DNA of 63,822 nucleotides, counting the filler, from Octopus bimaculoides (Eukaryota): assembly GCF_001194135.2 (NCBI RefSeq). It is 5 parts of 5 records of this genome, joined end to end, with 100 filler letters (N's around TTAATTAATTAA, not from the genome) between each part and the next. Parts side by side here need not be neighbours in the genome. Positions count along the whole stretch, not along the records: positions 1 to 28,725 come from NC_068989.1; positions 28,826 to 45,945 come from NC_068986.1; 3 more parts are not named here. One strand, 5' to 3'. Shown here piece after piece: positions 23,956 through 37,231 of this stretch (the first letter of the stretch is position 1; each line of letters begins with the position of its first letter). Both the position numbers and the translations under genes were made by a program. The notes below the pieces were generated by a model, which did not search any database, was not told the DNA's origin, and worked only from the letters and a program-made list of their open reading frames with translations.

Positions 23956-25483
23956 TGCAAATAAATTCCTCAGCTGAGTGTTTTTTCTTTGGTGGCATTT
24001 TTTTTTTTTTCAATATTGTAAACAAAAAATTATGAACATAGAACAAAATATACATTAACCTCTATTTTTGTAGGCAATTGCATGTATGTATTTTTGTATG
24101 CCGTATAAATTAACCAAATATAAACCTTGCAACTGCTGTAATAATTATGAACTGGTAATTGAACAGTAGATGTGTATGTATTTTTTTATACCTTGGACCT
24201 GCCACCTCATTGTTTTGCGTCAAGAGTTTTGCATCCAGCCATTCTTATCACATACGTATATGTATGTATAGATGTGTGTGTGTGTGTGTGTTTAATAACA
24301 TACATAACAAACACACAAACATACACACTCACAGACACATAAACATTCATATACAAAATGTGATGATACACACACATACACTCTCACATAGTCACATACA
24401 TATAGTAAGAGAGACACACATATATACATTCACGCATGTCAGTTGTCACATATGTATATGTATATGTTTAATAATGTACCTAACAAGGAAACACACACAC
24501 ACTGACAAACAGATACACATTCATACACACATACATTCAGACACATACACATATACATACAAATGTGATGTGGTTGTGGTATAAAATGTCTTTTACTATC
24601 TTGTACGTATCGAACGTGCATACACACACACAAACACATACACACTCATATAAAATGTCCTGTACTATATAGAAAGATTATGTCTATGAAATGTTATATT
24701 ATTTTAATCAAAATGAAAGAAAAATTACACGTTGACAGTCGTGGAGTGTAAAACTAAAAGAGACCCGCAAAGACATACATTCACACATGTCATTTGTCAC
24801 ATATGTATATGTATGTGTAAGTGTGTGTGTATGTTGAATAATGTACCTAATGCGGAAACACAGTCACAGATACAAACACACTCATATACTCTGACACATA
24901 GATATTCATATACAAAATGTAATGTCATTGACTGCAGAAACACACACACACACACACTGACAGACACATACACACTCATACACTCACATACATACACTGA
25001 CAGACACATACATATTCATATACAAAATGTGACGTCATGGTTGTTATCGTCATGGTATAAAATGTCCTGTACTATATTTGACTATAGAAAGATTATCTCC
25101 ATAAAATGTTATATTGTCATAATCAAAATGAAAAAAAATTACATGTTGACGTTTGTGGGGTGTGGTACTATTACCTTGTAAAATTTGATTTGATTTGGTG
25201 GAACTGTTTGAGAGTGCATTGGGAACAGACAGACAAAGCATTTTATTGTTTTGATATAATGAGAATGGAGCTGATTTTGAAAGCTGCTGACTTATATATA
25301 CACAAACACACACACCCTTCAATAAAACCTAAATAACATTGCTCTGGCTGTCATAGTTTTAAACTTTCAGTGTTCAGTATTTCAGGAATTTCATTCTTTT
25401 TCTTTATTACTTTGCATAGCTTTAAACACATACAAGTCAACTTCCGACACAAGAAGCAGTGTGTTTGTGTGTGTGTGTTTGTG

Positions 25484-25517
<34 letters not shown>

Positions 25518-26439
25518 CGTGTGTGTGTGTGAACGCATATCTATATGTGTGGGAGAGAAATTATTTTTCTTTCCAATGTAAATATATCGTATTTGAGTTT
25601 AAGCTTTCCTTAATAATTTTTTTTTTTTTACATTTCCTTATTAGTTCTTTATGTTTAGTTAAGGATAAGATAAGTCTATTTATGTTTTGAAAGCTTGGTC
25701 TCTTAAACACAGATGCATGCACACGCATACACATATTATTTATACATATGTATACATATATGCATATACACTCACAAATGTACATATATAAACATGCATA
25801 TACATGCACACACAAACATATAAACATGCATATACACACACATTTACATACACAAGTGCACATCCAACACACCCTTCTCCCCGATATACACGTGTGCGTG
25901 CGCTCATACACATACACATATATTCTATACTTACATTATCAGAAAGATCATTTAAATTCACTGAGTGGTTTGCATGATGCATTGACTAAAACCAGAAGTG
26001 TTTTGTTAAAAATATTACATTTGGTACAGTACCTTTCTACTGCGGATCCAAAGAAAAAAGTTTGAAAACATGTGATCCTGAAAGCTATTTTATTTGAGCC
26101 TTAAATCTCAGGTACAATCATTTTAAGTGTAACCCTTGAAAGCTCTTGGATTAGTTGGGGTGGGAGGAATTCATACACAAATAGAGGACTTTCATTTTAC
26201 AACACTAGTATTATTTCCTCATAGAAGAAGAGGTCGTTGATTTATTTTTATTCTTTTGAAGATTCAAAGCTTGATTTACTAACAAACAAGCTATTTCAGA
26301 AAAGCCCACTTTCACCTAAATTTTACACTTGTTCTGCAATATAGCTTTTATCAATAATAGCCTAAACTCAGAATGTAAGGCCAGAAGAAATAACTATAAA
26401 TTATTCTGAGGAATAATTTATAGTAATCACTACAGCAGC

Positions 26440-26935
26440 ACTGGTAAGCTTTACCGTTAATTTTTATGCCCAGCAAATTAAGGCTCCTTGTAAATCTTCC
26501 GAAGTAGTTTTTCCTTGCAAGAAAAGATTCTGTATCAAAAGATACACATTTAACTTACTACAAATCTTCATACAAAGTTTAGCATTCACTTGAATGACCA
26601 TCATGTTTATCAGCACATCACCTGTCTGATTGTGGATCCACATGCTCAGGAGCTGTTCCATTTTAAGCATTATTTCAGATCTATGTAAAAAAAAACAATG
26701 TTCAAGAGGCTAATAGTGAGGATGCTAAATCACTTGATCTACTTCTGTTTTCATTGTCTTAAGTTATCCCCTCTGAAGGGGCTGCAAAATATTTTTTGCA
26801 GTATGAATAAATACTTTTCCTCATCAAAACTTTATAAAACATCAGGTTCAACATCCAGTATAATCTCTTTATTACTTCTTTTCGCATTAATGTCCTCACT
26901 TCTGGTAGATGGCCTCTTTCCAGTCATCTCATATA
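26440..26935 (-). mobile_element. Tigger/pogo transposase N-terminal remnant (CENP-B-type HTH)
   Basis: TGKRPSTRSEDINAKR start and KMEQLLSMWIHNQ...NMMVIQVNAK, resembling the Tigger MEKLL.LWI..Q...IQ.KA motif; disrupted. Confidence 0.6.
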
Positions 26936-27327
26936 AGAATAATGTATTATAACCAATGTCTTAGTTATTAAATCCAAGAGTATCAAAGATGAATATAAAA
27001 GTCACAACAAACAGTAAAACTGTACAATCCAAGAAAAATAGTCATGTTTCATGTTGGAGAAAAGTAGTTGTCTAATTACTTCCAGTACAAAAATATAAAT
27101 GCACGTTTAAAGGGGCGGCACTTTTGGGTGTGCTGTGGGTAACGTGTTTTTTGTGGGGTCTGGGGGCAGCAAACAGAAGGGCTGCCCCGGGCGGCACACA
27201 CTCTAGCTACGCTAGTGGGGCTCGCACACATCACACATATCTACAAAATGAAACTTGAAATTTCGGAAAAAAATTGTGATGTGAGTCAGTATATATGTGT
27301 ACGTGCTCTCCTTTTTTCTTTTCCCAT

Positions 27328-27597
27328 CAAATTCTGATATAATCGCAATTTACATACTCTAAAAGATATTTGTAGAAGATTTCATAGACAAAATATCTAT
27401 TTTCCCGAAAGTTATGAGGAAATAAGGCCGACTCGTGTGAATTTTCTGAAAACTCTTCTCCCCATCCCACTCACTCAGAATTTTAATGTTTTTTCACAAC
27501 AAATTCCGATATAATCGGAATCTGCACAATGTGAAGGACATTTGTAGAAAATTTCATTAAAAACTATCCGTTTTTCTGGAAGTTATGAGGAAACAGA
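27328..27597 (+). repeat. Two diverged copies of a ~100-bp unit (172-bp period), possibly a Helitron-derived non-autonomous (DINE-like) element
   Basis: caaatt[ct]gatataatcg...tttgtagaa.atttcat...gaa.gttatgaggaaa at 27328 and 27500. The duplication is seen directly; the classification is inference. Confidence 0.45.
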
Positions 27598-27699
27598 GAA
27601 AGAGGGGGCACACTTGTGCAGGTATGCTGAATTGTAAAAGATATTTAACTTGTTTTATTGATATCTTCATCTTTCTGTCTTGCACAGACAGATAACCTA

Positions 27700-28015
27700 A
27701 AGGTGCGTAGCTTAGTGGTTAGGGTATTCGTCTCACAATCGTAAGATCGTGAGTCCGATTCTCAGTGACGCGTTGTATCCTTGTGCTTCATTTCATGTTG
27801 CTCCAGTTCACTCAGCTGGCAAAAATAATTTAGTAGTACTTGTTTTTCAAAGGGCCAGCCTTGTCACATTCTGTGTCACGCTGAATTCTCATCGGAACTA
27901 CGTTAAGGGTACGTGTGTCTGTGGAATATTCAGCCACTTGTACGTTAATTACACGAGCAGGCTGTTCCGTTGATCAGATCAATTGGAACACTCGTCGTCG
28001 TAACTGACGAAGTAC
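27700..28015 (+). mobile_element. SINE family C (tRNA-like head)
   Basis: GGTGCGTAGCTTAGTGGTTAGG (A-box-like) and GAGTCCGATTC (B-box-like); body shared with 40900-41225, 63610-63822 and 22640-22760. Confidence 0.75.
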
Positions 28016-28099
28016 CAGATTCTTTTGGATTTATTTCTTTTTTAGATAGCCAGCTAGCTAGTTAGCTGACTACACACACACACAGACCGATAGACAGAC

Positions 28100-28155
<56 letters not shown>

Positions 28156-28694
28156 GGCAACTACATATATATACATATATACATATATATATATGTAACT
28201 AAATATGACTTCCTGTGTGTTTGTGCAGGCACGCGCACACAGAAAACACAGAGAAAGATAAGGCTTTAAATTTAAGGCGTCTTAATGTAAAACAAATGAT
28301 AACAGAAAAGAAATAGAATCAACGATAACAGCCAAAACAATACCATAGTAAAAGTATTGTAAAAAAAAGTATAGATCGACTACAGTGGACAGAGTATGTT
28401 GTGTGCTGAATACAAGAGCTGTGTTTGTTAATTATAACCAGGAAATGTTCGGCGCTGTGCCGTGTCCGGGTTAACGGGGTGAGGGGCTAACAGTGTGACA
28501 ATGAAGAAACTTTAGCTAAGGAAACCAGCCTAGCCAGTCGAAAATAGAACTCCAAATATTTATATCTTTCTTCCAGAGACTTATATTTCTTTGGAGATAA
28601 AGTTTTCGAGATCTATTATTATCTACAGTGTGTGTGTGTGTGTATACATACACACACAATTGTAGAGCGTGAGATAGAGAGAAAGGTTATAAAT

Positions 28695-28725
<31 letters not shown>

Positions 28726-28825
28726 NNNNNNNNNNNNNNNNNNNNNNNNNNNNNNNNNNNNNNNNNNNNTTAATTAATTAANNNNNNNNNNNNNNNNNNN
28801 NNNNNNNNNNNNNNNNNNNNNNNNN
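28726..28825. other. 100-bp scaffolding gap with TTAATTAATTAA cassette (assembly artefact)
   Basis: 44 N + TTAATTAATTAA + 44 N; identical at 45946-46045, 58949-59048 and 62376-62475. Confidence 0.95.
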
Positions 28826-28895
<70 letters not shown>

Positions 28896-29364
28896 ATATA
28901 TATAGTTGAAATTTACTGTTGATATTTATAGAGAGAGATTTACAATTACTGTACTAGCCTGTTAATTGTAATTATGGCTATTTCATTCTCTGAGCATTCT
29001 CTTCTCATGTTCTATATATGTTAGATTCCTCCACTTTCTGGCTGTCTCCGTTTATTTTCCTCCTTGAGTTGGTTATCGTCAGTTATATACAACACCTATT
29101 AACTATCTGATACTATTTATGTTAACATTTGTACAATAGTGTGTCATAAGATGTAAATGTATGTTCTTACACTACAAAAACGCCTGCAGTTGTGCATCGT
29201 AACTCTTCTTACTTATTTAAATGTTATCAAATAATATAACTATCTCCTACAAATAATTAAAGCTGTAACAATCTATCATGATATTTACATGTTGACTACG
29301 TCTTACACGATATGTCTATAGCAGAATATATGTATTCAATTTCATATTTCAATTTCTTATCATC

Positions 29365-29780
29365 ATCGACAACACCAACACCACCACCACAACTACTACC
29401 ACAACTACCACCACCACCACCACCACCACCACCACTAACACCAACACCGACATCAAAAACACCACCAACAACACCACCACCACCACCATCACNNNNNNNN
29501 NNNNNNNNNNNNNNNNNNNNNNNNNNNNNNNNNNNNNNNNNNNNNNNNNNNNNNNNNNNNNNNNNNNNNNNNNNNNNNNNNNNNNNNNCAAATACCCCGC
29601 CGTCGCCATCACCACCACCACCACCAACAACACCAACACACCCATCACCACCACCACAACCACCACCATCAACAACAACAACACCACCACCACCATCAAC
29701 AACAACACCACCACCACCACCACCGCCATCACCACCACCATCACCACCACTATCACCACCACCACCATCACCACCACCAT
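29365..29780. repeat. (CAC/CAA)n trinucleotide low-complexity tract with an internal gap
   Basis: Directly visible; source of the spurious poly-Pro/Gly/Val ORFs. Confidence 0.95.
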
Positions 29781-31855
29781 TAATATCATAAACGTCATCG
29801 TCACTAGCTAGATAAAGAGATAGATAACAACATATACACATAGCGTGAACGCACACGCTCTCTCACACACGCATACGCACGTGCATACACACATACTTAC
29901 ATACAGACAAATACGCAAACACGCATATTGATCGCGCGGGACCTAACTCTGTCGACGCTACGAAGAAATACACGTATGGTATTCTCGCCGCTACCACATC
30001 GGTTGCGATGCCTTTAGTAATTGCCTCTTTTTGCTTGCTAATATGTTCTTTCTTTAATCGCATTGTTAACACTTTACTAATTGCTAACTATGCTACTCCA
30101 ATCGGCTTTTTGAAGCCATCCACTATCGGTTCTTGATTTTTCCTCGCGTCGGCTGCCGATTACCTAATTCACTAATCCGTTCCTTGTGTTATTTACATGC
30201 TGGCAATGCATTCAACTTCTAGTTACCGTGTCTCTGTCTACGTGTCGTGTTTAAATCGAACGGGTAAATTGCAAATTTGTGGTCTGCGTTGCGCATTAAT
30301 CACAACTATGGACATCCCACGTTATCGCTATTCACTGACCTAACGAATACTCTATGTATATACGATCTAGATAGATCAATGTGGTTATTCATATGCAGAC
30401 TGGCACATCAGGAAACACTAACCGATGCCTATCAAACACCTGCTAGTCTCTGAAAAGGTTTCGGAGGCTTTTGCACACTCATATGCTCTGTATTAAAAGC
30501 ACACATTCGTTCTGTTGTCCAAAATACAACTCCAGTCCACTACCAATACAGGAAACCAAAACGATCCCGGGAATATTTCTAGAGGTCTGAAGAAATCTGA
30601 CTTCCCAGACGCAATCGGAGGTCACGACTTCCATTGCCATTCACTTCTAGGTCGACCATCTTACGGTTCACGTCAAAGAAGATTGCCCGAACTTTAAGAT
30701 GCAAAACTTTTTGAAATAGCATTGCCGCGCCACCACCAGATCCCGACAGAAACGAGAGGTGATAGGGTATGAGTTCCAGAAATTCTCGTCTCGCTGATCG
30801 CTGAGACATTGATCTCGAGCAATATGATATCGTTAAACAAGTGAACTTGCATCTTCTCTGGCTCTATGCCACGCACATCCACCCAAACTCTCACAGCATA
30901 ACCATATTTGACAAAGAAAGAAAATAGGTCACTTACCTTGATTTTCGAGAAGCCTGAATTTTCCGGGACGTTCTTCACGCAAATGTTTCCTAAAAGTTTC
31001 TTCAATCAATCGTTTGTGAACTGCTTTTCATCTTTTGAAAATCCCTGCACTAGACAAAAATATATCCCTAAGTCTTCTGTAGACGTCTGATAACAAATTT
31101 ATCAAAAATATATCTCTCCTGTTTTGAAGATGAAATCCTCAAATTCCTCTCAATTCTGTCTCAGCTTTCTCTTTTCTTAAGATTTAAGTATTTGATCAAC
31201 TTACCATTTTATCTATATATTTTTTCAGCAATACGGACGCTGATGGGTACTGTCTCTATTGTTGTGTTGTTTTGTTGCTTATGTAGTTCCAGTTTTGATT
31301 ATAATAGTATCTATGTGTTTTCTTATTATTGACGATGTTGCTTTTCTTGGAAAACTTGTGAATGGTGTTACAATTGTCGTCTTTGTTTTTACTGTTTTTG
31401 TCGAATTTTCGGAATGTTGCTATGTACCTTTCTTATCTTTTGCCTGCCTCGTCCGGAGACTATTTCATAAGTTTAGGACCGACCATCTTTCTCCATATCA
31501 TCCCACAAGGAATTGGAAGGTGATGCTGATGTCTGGTCGAAATTTTGTATTTGTTGGTTTGAATAGTAGATAATTCGGTAGAATTAAGCCTTTACGGAAG
31601 AACGGAAAAAATATCTGCGCTGGTTTGGTTTTGGCGTCGTGTACTCTGGTCCACATGATTTTGTAGTTGATGCAGATACAGTTGTGTTATTGGCAATAGG
31701 AAAGGTTGATTTCTTTAAGAGATCAGAAAGATTTCTTGATGGGTGGTTCTCCACAGAAGTAACATTTTGACTTTCTCACAAATTTTACCCGTTTTATAGA
31801 CTGCGTATATGTATGTGTTAATACATACATACATACATACATGCATGTGTGTGTA

Positions 31856-31886
<31 letters not shown>

Positions 31887-34319
31887 TTATTTTTTTACAT
31901 AAATATATATATATATATGTATATTATATGCATATGTGTATGTGTTGTGTGTGAGTGTGTCGGTGCGTACGCACATACCTGTGTATACATATTTTGACAT
32001 ATTGACGTCTAATTCTAGAACCATCAATATAAGTTTCTGAAACTTTTTCGTTTTATAATATTTCGTAACATTTGTTGCATAACTTGATGGCATGTCTCTT
32101 GGCACCTTAAGAGCTGCAGCCCTATTGTTCTCGAATCTTCCTTATTGTTCTAAGACAACTAATCATTGTTGTATGCATTTCTATTCATTCTCTCACTTTT
32201 AGTGATCTCTTCATTCATGTATCAATTTCGTTGTGTTGCTTGAGATAATTATATCAATTAATGACAGCAATGCAGAAAGAACAAAGAAAAATCAGAAATA
32301 ATGAACAAAAGAATGAAAAATAACGATGGCAAGAAATAGGAAATAAAAAAAAAGGGACAGAAAGCCTTGAAGGAATAACATTCACAAATAAGTGGTGATT
32401 CAAAGTAATAAAATGATATAATGAAAAATATAAAGAATCGGATTCTGCGAATGATAAGTAGTAGAAGAAAAGAAAACAATCATTCATAGAGACATATATC
32501 GAATGTAGGAAAACTGGTTGGAAGCCTATTGTAAATGTTTCCTAGTCAAATCTGCAATACCAGCAAATAAATTGCAGATATTATTTGCAAATGAGCACAT
32601 TCACTCTCTGGACGTAATGCACCGTTTTCAAGTGAACAGAATAAATAATTCTAAAACAAAGAAAACAACAGCAAAAATATTAGCAACAGCAACATCACTA
32701 ACAGAGCTAACAATACGTACATAATCATCGACAGGAGCATCAAAATGGAAAAGGAAACAATATGCATTTGCATTGGAACATCGGCAGGAATACCGATCAA
32801 CACCAACGTAAAACAACAGAACACAAAACGACAATCAACAACAACAACAACAACAGCCGTAAAGACCAATAACAATAACGTGAACAACACCAACAACAAC
32901 AACAACAACAACGTAATCAAGAAGAGAAGCAACCGCCACTGCAATACTTGCAGCAAAAAGTACATTAATAAGAAAAAAAGAAAACACAACGCAACACAAC
33001 GTCGACCGATACAATCACAACAAAAATGCATCGAAAGTGGGAAACAATATGAAAAAAAAAACACTTAAAGCAAGAACACTTCAATGAATGAATCTGTAAA
33101 ATATGCAGCGAATTCTTGGTATTACCCGTGGGTTATGTTATAATGGGATTGCTTTTTTTTTCACCCCCTCTTCAATGATATCAATGGGTGCATGTTCGAT
33201 TTTAAACTATTGTTGTTTCCTCACGTGATTTTGTGTTGTTTTTTTTTTTAGTTTCTTTAAACGTTATAAAAGTAAAATTGTTGTAGATCAATGGAAAAGA
33301 GGTTCTAGAATTATCACTTGCAATCGCCAGAATTGAAGTACGGTGAAAGTTGTGTTAGGCAGAGGAAGCGAAAAGAAATAAAAATTGAACACGGTGTATA
33401 ACATCAGCAAAAAAAACAAAAACAAAAAAAAAAACTCTAATATAAATTGCAACACAGCAGCATTTGTGTCTAACAGGAACATAAAGTAACGCACTTCTGT
33501 TTTGTGACAAACGTCAAATTAATCCAACCCTACGTGTTATTTTGTTTTTCGATTCGTAAAAGATGAGAGGCAGATCCATGCCTTGAAAACAAATATTAAA
33601 GACCGATAACTAAATTCTGATACCTCATTTCTATATCAAATACTCTCGATTGCATTCAACTCTTCAATCGAATCGGCTGTTTGCACCATATTTGACTATC
33701 ACGTTTACATGAAAGCGAAACCTGAACTTGACTTGATTTTAGCTCAGAACACAGGATCAAAACTGAAGATAAAACAAACTAGTGTCAAGTAACTAAAATT
33801 GCTCCAATAAACTAATAGCATGGATTAAAGATGAAATGAATAGGTTTGGCCGTATGGAATGACTTGAACAAAATTTAAATAAGCAAACAATAAATTAATA
33901 AAACTGATGATGATAATAATAATAATAATAAACTTTTCAACTAAAGGCACACGGCCTGAAATTTTGGGGGAGTAACAGTTGCGGAATGTATATATGTGTG
34001 CGTGTGTTGTGTGTGTGTCTCTCTATCCATGTAGGATGTTTGTAAGTATGCTTGTGTGTCTGTGTGTGCGCGTGTTTGTCTGTAAGTATGTGTGTGTCTT
34101 TCTGTCTATGTTCTCTACCGCTACTTAACAACCGCTGTTGGTGTGCTTACCTCACCGTAAGTTAGCGGTTCGTCACAAGCGTTCTATAAAATAAATACCA
34201 ATCTTAAAAACAAAAATTATTTCTGGGGTCGACGCTACTATGCTGTGGGCATCACTGCACTGTATCGATTGCAATTCATGGAAAATAAGAATTAATACAC
34301 CTTAAATTGAAGTGGATGT

Positions 34320-34620
34320 GCATGACCTTGTGTTTAGAGCAGGAAACTCCTGTTCGAGGGATCGCACTTTCGAATCCCAGACCGGGTGATGTGTGTGTTT
34401 ATGAGCGAACTACCTAAGATCCACGCAGCTTCGGCAGAAGGTAATGGCAAACTTCTGTTGACTCTTTCCCTACGACTTCCTTTCACCCTTCCGATCCTGC
34501 ATCTAGCAGCTCACCCGCAACGGACCGGCATTCCGCACAGGTGAGGAACCTATACGCCAATGAAACAGGGAAACCGGCCCTTATGAGCCAGGCATGGCTC
34601 GAAAAGGAACAAACCACAAC
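34320..34620 (+). mobile_element. Probable fourth tRNA-derived SINE family
   Basis: atgacct.gtg.ttag...ttcgaatcccagaccggg head (B-box-like), ending gcatggctcga.aaggaacaaac. Single copy in the window. Confidence 0.5.
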
Positions 34621-34689
34621 AGCAGTGAAAATATAATCCGTAAATATAGTTGGAATATTGTGGAGATGCAATTGTTCAATAAACATTTA

Positions 34690-35345
34690 TATCTTTATTG
34701 CCCACAGTGGGGCTAAACATAGAGGAGACAAACAAGGACAGACACAGGGATTAAGTCGATTACATCAACCACAATGCGTAACTGGTACTTATTTAATCCA
34801 CCACGAAAGCGGAAGGCTAAACATAGAGGGGACAAACAAGGACAGACACAGGGATTAAGTCGATTACATCACCCACAATGCGTAACTGGTACTTATTTAA
34901 TCCACCACGAAAGCGGAAGGCTAAACATAGAGGAGATAAACAAGCACAAACAAAGGGATTAAGTCGATTATATCGACCCCAGTGCGTGACTGGAACTTAT
35001 TTAATCCACTCCGGAAGGATGAAAGGCAAACTCCACCTCGGCAGAATTTGAACTCAGAACGTAATGGCAAACGAAATATCACTAAGCATTTCGCCCCGCG
35101 TGCTAACGTTTCTTATTTCTTTATTGACCATAAGGGTCTAAACATAGAGGGGACAAACAAGGACATACAAAGGGATTAAGTCGATTACATCAACTACAGT
35201 GCGTAACTGGTACTTAATTTATCGACCCCGAAAGGTGAAATGCAAAGTCAACCTTGGCGGAATTTGAACTAAGTACGTAACGGCAGATGAAATACTGCTA
35301 AGCATTTAGCCCGGCGTGCTAACGTTTCTGCCAGCTCGCCGCTCT
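34690..35345 (-). mobile_element. Tandem multimer of SINE family B with amplified 3' unit
   Basis: Three ~102-bp copies of ctaaacatagagg.gacaaacaag...gggattaagtcgattacatc...actggtacttatttaatcca, then two longer SINE units. Confidence 0.85.
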
Positions 35346-35933
35346 AATTGTTCAATAAATATTACATCATTTGTAAGATGTGCAGAAGAGTTTTGGATAT
35401 GTCAAAGAGAAATTTCTCAAACCATAGGTTGCAATGGAAATAAAATAAATAGAAGCCCCGTACATTACTACCAGGAGAGATTTAAATGTAAAATCACTTA
35501 TGTATCAGATAAGTATTTTTTTTTTTTTTGTATTTTTAAGGCATGTTGCTTAATATTTCCATCACGTTCAAATACGAAAAAATATAGAAACCGACAAAAG
35601 AGAAAAGGAAAAAAAGTCACATCGAACATTCGAATATGCAAACATATTTAACTTTCATAAGGGAGGGCATTCGTGACGCTGTGGACATCAAAATAAAATC
35701 ATTCGCTAAACATAAAACAAGCTTTACTACAAAATCATGATTTTTATAATGGCATAGCGATATTTTTTTATCACTCGCGTCTTTGCTTCCCATGAAGAAT
35801 GCATCTAAGTGCGTGCCTTATATATGCATACATACATATATGCATATACATACACACGCACGCACACACACACACTCACACACACACACATATATATTGA
35901 TATAGATGGATATAAAAATATAGATATGGATAT

Positions 35934-36017
<84 letters not shown>

Positions 36018-36018
36018 A

Positions 36019-36816
36019 CAGTCTGTCCCATAAGTCACTGATGGGTTTCCGTTTTTAATAACTTGCATAACTATACAAATATATGCATGGAATTTTGGTG
36101 CAATATATAGCGTCATAACGAAAATTAATATGCGTCAGTCAAAATTTGCAACACCAAAATTTGCAAATGATGTAACCATTTTCAGCTTTGCACGCCCGTG
36201 CTTTTTCAAAAATGTGTACCGTGACACCCTCAAGTATTTGAGGCCCCACTACTCTGATTTCTCTATTCATGTTCTTTAGTTGCAACAGGGTCTCTGGTTT
36301 GTGGACATAACACCTCTCTTTTAGATATCCCCACAAGAAAACAATCCGAGCTAGTCAAGCCTGTGCAGCGTGAAGGCCAGTTGATTATTCTCTCTCCAAA
36401 GCACTGCATAGCAACTGCATTGTTTCTCTCGCTTTTGTTCCATATTGCTGGAACCATGTCCGAGGTGTATTTTGAATAACTGGGCACAGAAAGGTCTCAA
36501 TCATGGATACCTGAAAGATGGGGTTCACCTCATCAAACCGGAGACCTTGATGCAACTAAAGAAGAACATAAATAGAGAAATCAGAAAAGTGAGATCTGAA
36601 ACTCTGAAGGGTGTTATAATGCAAGTTTGGGAAAGAGCACAGACATGCGAATCCGAAAATGGGCGCCAGTTAAGCGACGTCATTTTTCATATGTGATGGA
36701 ATGAGGTTTCAAAATTTGACTGGTGCATATTAATTTCCATTGTGTCTTTTATATTGTAGCAGAATCTCTTTTATTTGTAAAGTTAAGGATGTTATTAAAA
36801 ACTTTTAGGTATCCTG
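36019..36816. mobile_element. Composite of two Tc1/mariner transposase 3' halves in opposite orientation
   Basis: Minus 36139-36460: WFQQ...NWPSRCTGLTSSDCFLWGYLKERCY..KPETL. Plus 36500-36696: GYLKDGVHLIKPETL...CESENGRQLSDVIFH. Outer ends are TA-CAG...CTG-TA. Confidence 0.8.
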
Positions 36817-36819
36817 TAC

Positions 36820-36861
<42 letters not shown>

Positions 36862-37200
36862 CATATATATATTTATATATATATATATACATATATNNNN
36901 NNNNNNNNNNNNNNNNNNNNNNNNNNNNNNNNNNNNNNNNNNNNNNNNNNNNNNNNNNNNNNNNNNNNNNNNNNNNNNNNNNNNNNNNNNNNNNNNNNNN
37001 NNNNNNNNNNNNNNNNNNNNNNNNNNNNNNNNNNNNNNNNNNNNNNNNNNNNNNNNNNNNNNNNNNNNNNNNNNNNNNNNNNNNNNNNNNNNNNNNNNNN
37101 NNNNNNNNNNNNNNNNNNNNNNNNNNNNNNNNNNNNNNNNNNNNNNNNNNNNNNNNNNNNNNNNNNNNNNNNNNNNNNNNNNNNNNNNNNNNNNNNNNNN

Positions 37201-37226
<26 letters not shown>

Positions 37227-37231
<5 letters not shown>

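Noticed and set aside
25930-26075. Minus-strand segment bounded by tttcag and GTAAGT
   Set aside because: Stops in all frames and no laminin similarity; it cannot be the missing LN exon.
29296-29856. Pro-rich, Gly-rich and Val-rich ORFs resembling extensin or formin
   Set aside because: Translations of a (CAC)n microsatellite open in several frames; no splice context or unique domain.
30585-30630. CTGAAGA-AATCTG-ACTTCC-CAGA-C-GCAA hammerhead-like string
   Set aside because: The GAAA box is altered and stem I does not form; probably chance.
34690-35000. Regularly spaced ~102-bp repeats superficially like a CRISPR array
   Set aside because: The whole unit repeats (no unique spacers), it is SINE-derived, and the genome is eukaryotic with no cas genes.
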